A stretch of DNA of 64,000 bases from Takakia lepidozioides (Eukaryota; Plantae; Bryophyta), in the NCBI GenBank assembly GCA_030704615.1, contig CM060732.1:65720001-65784000 (forward strand), in the 5' to 3' direction. A model generated the notes under the pieces. It was given only the letters and a program-made list of their open reading frames with translations, was not told the DNA's origin and searched no databases. Position 1 is the first letter of the stretch. Every line of letters begins with the position of its first letter. The translations under genes and the position numbers were made by a program. Shown one piece after another: positions 61,593-64,000 of this stretch.

Positions 61593-64000
61593 ATGATACC
61601 TCCTATTGCCTATCGATTGCAAAGGCGGACACAAGCAGAACATGACGATGACAGATTGTGGAAACTAGAGGAAGCGCGAGCAAGAAGACTGGGTCTTTGG
61701 AAAATTCTATGTCCATGCAATGCCTGTCATGGTGGGAACTGGCAAACCATTGGCCGGGCTAAGCGTCATCTGCTTTTGAACTTGCGAGATCCTAACTTAC
61801 GAGAACTCCCGGTGCATATCTCTGGATTTTCTTCCCTTTGCAGATGCATACTTTGAAATTATAAGAAACAGTTCAAATTCCTGGTAGCGGTATTGTTGTA
61901 AGGTGTAGAGTATTGTACATGTCCGTTTTCCTATTGCCACGTGCCTGTATAATGGCACGTTCCACATCCACTATCGCAAATGAAAAAACTCCCCATCTTA
62001 TAGTGGATTGACATGTGGCGTCTGATATGTACTAAGCAGGAAAACTCTGGAGACGAACATGAGGGGTTTAGAACAGAAACCAGCCCTGCAGGTGGTCCTG
62101 ATACCTTGGATCGTAATTTTGACATGCTTAGAATGCTCCGGGAGACATTCGCAACTATAGATAATGGGGTGCAAACTGGTGATGCACATGAGGAACCGGG
62201 AGATGGAACACAGGGCCAATGGGACACAGATGGAGTGCCAGAGTAGACTGATGGTGGACTGAAGAGCGATGGTGATCGTGGTGCAGCGAGTGCCTTACAT
62301 TTTGAGCACGAGGCATCCAGGGCTTTATATGTAGGGAGTTCTTCCTCTCGATTGTCTGCTACCTTACTGCTGTTAAATGCTTGTCAAACCCATGGTGTGT
62401 CAAACACCTTTGTCGATGAACTCCTTACATTGTTAGGAAGACAACTGTTGCCAGCAGACAATTGCCTGCCAAAGTCCCACTATGAGGCAAAACAACTCAT
62501 AATGGAACTCGGGCTTCATTACGAGAGTATACATGCATGTCCGAAAGGCTGTGTGTTGTTCAGAAGGGAGCTTCAGAATTTGGAGGTTTGTCCAAAATGT
62601 CAGGCACGTCGTTATGTGGTGGGTACGAAGACACCAGTACCTCGTAAGGTCCTCCGACATTTCCCTATCATTCCAAGGCTGCTTCGAATGTATAAAGCCA
62701 AATCCATCTCAGAGTTAATGTCATGGCACTTTAAGAATCGAAGTCTGGATGGCTTGGTTAGGCACCCAGCAGACAGCAAGGCTTGGGCCCACATTGACCA
62801 AAAATGGCCTGAGTTTGCAGCGGACCCCAGAAATCTGCGATTGGGTCTCGCATGGGATGGTGTCAATCCTTACAGTGATAAATCAAACAAATGGTCAACT
62901 TGGCCTGTCATGTTGGTAAACTATAATCTTCCACCCTGGCTGTGTACTAAGCCATTTTTCACGATGTTGGCTTTATTGATTCCTGGACCACAATCTGTGG
63001 GAAATGACAATGCAGATGTTTATCTGCAGCCCCTTGTGGATGAGCTAAAATTGTTGTGGGAAGTTGGTGTGGAGGCATTGGATGGAAGTAGCCTAGTGGG
63101 GCAACAGTCATTTCGCATGAGGGCCATCTTGATGTGGTCAATCCACGACTTTCCAGCTTATGGGTCGCTAGCAGGATGCGCACACGAAGGATACAAGGCC
63201 TGCCCAGCTTGCGGCCCTAATGTTGATTCCAGGTACTCGAAGGCATGCAAAAAAGTTTTGTATCTTGGTCATAAGAGATACTTGCCTGCTGTTCATCCCT
63301 ATAGGAATAACTCGTCCCACTTTAATGGACATGTGGAACATAGAGCAGCTCCTATGGTGGTCACTGCAAGTGAGCAATTTGACCGGGCTAAAACCAGAGA
63401 GTTGTATCTCGCAATGGGAGGGGCTGAGGGGGGAAAACAGGACCCTTCAAAGGAACATGGCATGGTGATGCATTGTGAAAAAACGGGTCACTGTTTTGAA
63501 CCAATTGCCATACTGGAAAGACTTACTCATCCGATACACACTGGATGTGATGCATTGTGAAAAAAAATTGTGTGAGAATGTGCTGAGAACCATTCTTGGG
63601 GAGAAGGACACAGCCACATCTAGGAAGGATATGGAACTCAATGTCATTCGTGAACACTTGTGGTTGAGACCCCATCCCTCTCACCCGAACAAGTTGGTGA
63701 AGCCTTTGGCCCCATATGTTCTTACTGAAGATGAGAAGGTGTTGTTTTTGGAAACATTGGCTACAGTAAAGGCCCCCACAGGTTATGCTGCCACATTCCA
63801 GAAACATGTGGCTGACAATAAACTGTCTACAATGAAAACCCATGACTACCATGTAATGATGCAACAGATTTTACCTCTTTGCATTCGAGGGGTATTGGGA
63901 AAGGGTCCACAGATGGCAATTATGAGGCTTTCTTGAGTCTTCCGAAAAGTGTGTGCAAAGATCATTAATCCAACTGAGCTACCGGCCTTAAAAGAAGATG
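61593..64000 (+). pseudogene. CACTA Tnp2 transposase (transposase-associated Zn motif + Transposase_21), disrupted, runs off the window
   Basis: ILCPCNAC..RHL; IHACPKGCVLF, CPKC, LGLAWDGVNP, WPVMLVNYNLPP, DFPAYG, LDVMHCEK, MKTHDYHV; stops at 62244 and 63934, frameshift near 63470. Confidence 0.95.

Larger units (their letters stand above)
50760..64000. mobile_element. Large CACTA (En/Spm) element; right end lies beyond the window
   Basis: Left TIR CACTAATACAGAAACCGGTTTTTTTAACGGC with subterminal repeats; Tnp2 transposase and TnpA-like genes; continuity as one element is inferred. Confidence 0.75.

Overview
Eukaryotic, transposon-dense plant genomic DNA with spliceosomal introns and a 500-N gap at 4747-5246. 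PLS-class PPR fragments together with CRE-like, Dualen/RandI-like and piggyBac elements suggest a non-seed land plant (inference). Only one probable host gene is visible: a small 3-exon gene at 38890-40292. The rest is nested mobile DNA: a non-autonomous Helitron cluster (6.3-12.2 kb); two opposed piggyBac copies forming a ~3-kb-arm inverted repeat (12.3-25.7 kb); several hAT MITEs with GTNNNNAC-type 8-bp TSDs; a Tourist MITE and a full-length PIF/Harbinger element; CRE-like and (CT)n-tailed LINEs; a 5.1-kb Pack-CACTA carrying tandemly amplified PPR motifs; and a >13-kb CACTA element. In that CACTA the Tnp2 transposase is head-to-head with a second multi-exon gene that fuses a Ptta/En/Spm (TnpA-like) domain to an FCP1/NIF HAD-phosphatase-like domain. 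The central exons of the second gene appear to have been inverted between two opposed LINE copies. A conserved structured RNA (GNRA hairpins plus an AGUA/GAA motif) lies at the 3' end of the Dualen-like elements. All calls were made by eye and no database searches were run.
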